Below, piece after piece: positions 62,301-64,000 of a stretch of DNA of 64,000 nucleotides. The notes below the pieces were generated by a model. That model saw only the letters and a program-made list of their open reading frames with translations. It had not been told where the DNA came from and did not search any database. Position 1 is the stretch's first letter, and each line of letters begins with the position of its first letter. A program made the position numbers and the translations under genes. Origin of the DNA: Balanoglossus misakiensis (lineage: Eukaryota > Animalia > Hemichordata); NCBI GenBank assembly GCA_040954595.2, contig CM082581.2, forward strand, positions 9,775,878 to 9,839,877. Reading direction: 5' to 3'.

Positions 62301-64000
62301 GACACAGGCATTTCCATCATTAGCTTTTAATTTTTAACTATTTTGAGTACAGCCTTATCTTAAATCTTACGGCATCTTTTATCGCTCCATGTTGGTATCT
62401 GACTGGAGAAATTTATCGCTTCATTTAAACTCAAATCCTGTCATATACTGTTTAATTCTTTAAAATAAAACTTTACCTCGGCTTGCCAACTGTTAGTTTT
62501 TTTTAGGTCAATATGGTGATAGAATACTTATGGGGCATTTTTCAGTGTGGCACTTTGGTGTATACTCTGCACATATATTATATGGTCCCTGGAAATACAA
62601 GGTCAACACAAAATTAGCAAGCTGAATATGCAATGCTTCTATTCATATTCTTAAAATGGCTTCTGCAATGAAAAACAACAATAGATCTATGTGGGAAATT
62701 GTCATCTATTTCAAGAAGCATTAGCTAGTGTGATATTTTTAGTTACATGGACTGAATTGAGACTATAACCGATGCTGCTCAGTTTATAAATAATGGCAGG
62801 CCAGTTGAGACAAAGCAGTCAGTTTTGGCCAATTAATCATACAGGCTTTAATATCACACAACTCCAATCAGTCCTGCTATCATTTATGTAAATTACGAAG
62901 TCGATATATAAATATATACATGCACACCAAAATTCCACAACATTTTTACTTTGAAGGACTTCAGTTAGTGGGCAATATTTGAAAAAAAAGTGAACACAAC
63001 TTTTATGGGGTCAGAATTTTGTTAGCCATACAGCTACACTGCCAATGTGGTAATGATTTGTATTCAATGTGTAGGTATTTTGCTTACATGACTCAACATG
63101 GTCTGCATAAATTATAGATGGGATTTTACTGGTTTAAACAAAAAGAAAAAAGAAATATTTCTCAATCAGCTTGTTGACAATAAATCTATTTATTGACATC
63201 TGAAAATCAAGAGTTAGTCTTTTGTGAATCTGCAAACTTAAAATGCATACTCATTAGCCTTTCCACTGACTATCTGCAGAATGCATTTTTCCATTATAAC
63301 AGAAATGTCACCAGAAAAATTGTGTGCAATATCAACTTGATAAATAAATCATATACACTAAAGCAAATAAAACCAGGGACCTGCTCCAATTTTTACGAGC
63401 CTCACTCGTGATGCTTTTAACTTATTTAAGTGGAACCTGTTAAGTTTGTACCACTATACCCAGACTATAAATTTCTTTCACTGCATCGCAAACAACATTT
63501 TTTTTGCATTTTTTTTTCAAGATTTTATTTTGTTTTATTTTATATGTTTGTTTTCTTTTTGGTGGAGAAACTCTGACAAAAGTTTGAACTGTTATAGATT
63601 TGTTTCATTCATGTGAATCTTAGGAGTTGATCATCTTTTATTCTGGTCTTTTGTGTGCCTATACCACTACTGAAAGGGGTAAAACTCTTTGCCAACAATT
63701 GTTCTTAATTGGAATAAGGCAGCTCTTCAAAAAGTTTTATATACAAATATTCAATTCTAATATTTGTTAAACTTTCACCGCATTTAAATATACTTGAACG
63801 ACAATCAGGCAATTCTTGGTACGGGAAATATAAGTCCTTCGCGGGAAGACAGGAAATCAATGTCCCACCAGCCTTGGAATATCTAATAGCGGGGCTATAA
63901 AGAGTCGATACAATGGAGAGCGTACAATCTACGGTTTTAGTCTTTTGTTGCGACACCCCGTCCGTCAGTGAATAAATATCCTCCCAAATATAACCCATCG
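53339..64000 (-). other. Large AT-rich ARID5B intron (>10 kb) with no credible coding exon
   Basis: The exon at 53338 begins at a cag acceptor mid-protein. The upstream ARID5B motifs (e.g. WVGSPCG, LYFLPEDTP) were not seen in this interval. Confidence 0.7.
57090..57102 (+). promoter_or_regulatory. Perfect DR1 nuclear-receptor element AGGTCA-A-AGGTCA
   Basis: Exact consensus read from the sequence, with extra half-sites at about 57008 and 57112. Confidence 0.4.

Noticed and set aside
63705-63998. 97-aa minus-strand ORF as ARID5B exon 1 or 2
   Set aside because: No similarity to the ARID5B N-terminus and no suitable donor seen.

Overview
Eukaryotic (animal) genomic DNA with GT-AG introns. The gene set and intron positions suggest a marine invertebrate, possibly a non-vertebrate deuterostome; this is inference, not a firm assignment. 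Seven spliced protein-coding genes can be built by hand: a divergent nicotinic-type Cys-loop receptor alpha subunit (+, 10660-13033, signal-peptide exon unplaced); wolframin/WFS1 (-, 15058-18485), head-to-head with DCAF10/WDR32 (+, 19266-22319); a CNNM Mg2+ transport mediator (-, 25508-32384); SPATA24 (-, 33007-35025); a divergent T-box factor (+, 39763-42471); and the 3' seven coding exons of ARID5B-like (-, 46726-53338), whose 5' exons were not found in the window. The first ~6.3 kb looks like decayed, intronless coding sequence of unknown origin, possibly a viral or giant-transposon fossil. Most notable observations: Tyr-to-Asp replacements in the receptor's ligand-binding aromatic cage, a T-box mixing subfamily signatures, a wolframin lacking the Sel1-like region, an 85-bp TTAA-flanked MITE family, a candidate 18-nt CNNM microexon, and ARID5-CNNM linkage that recalls human 2q11. 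Family calls come from recalled motifs; no database search was run.
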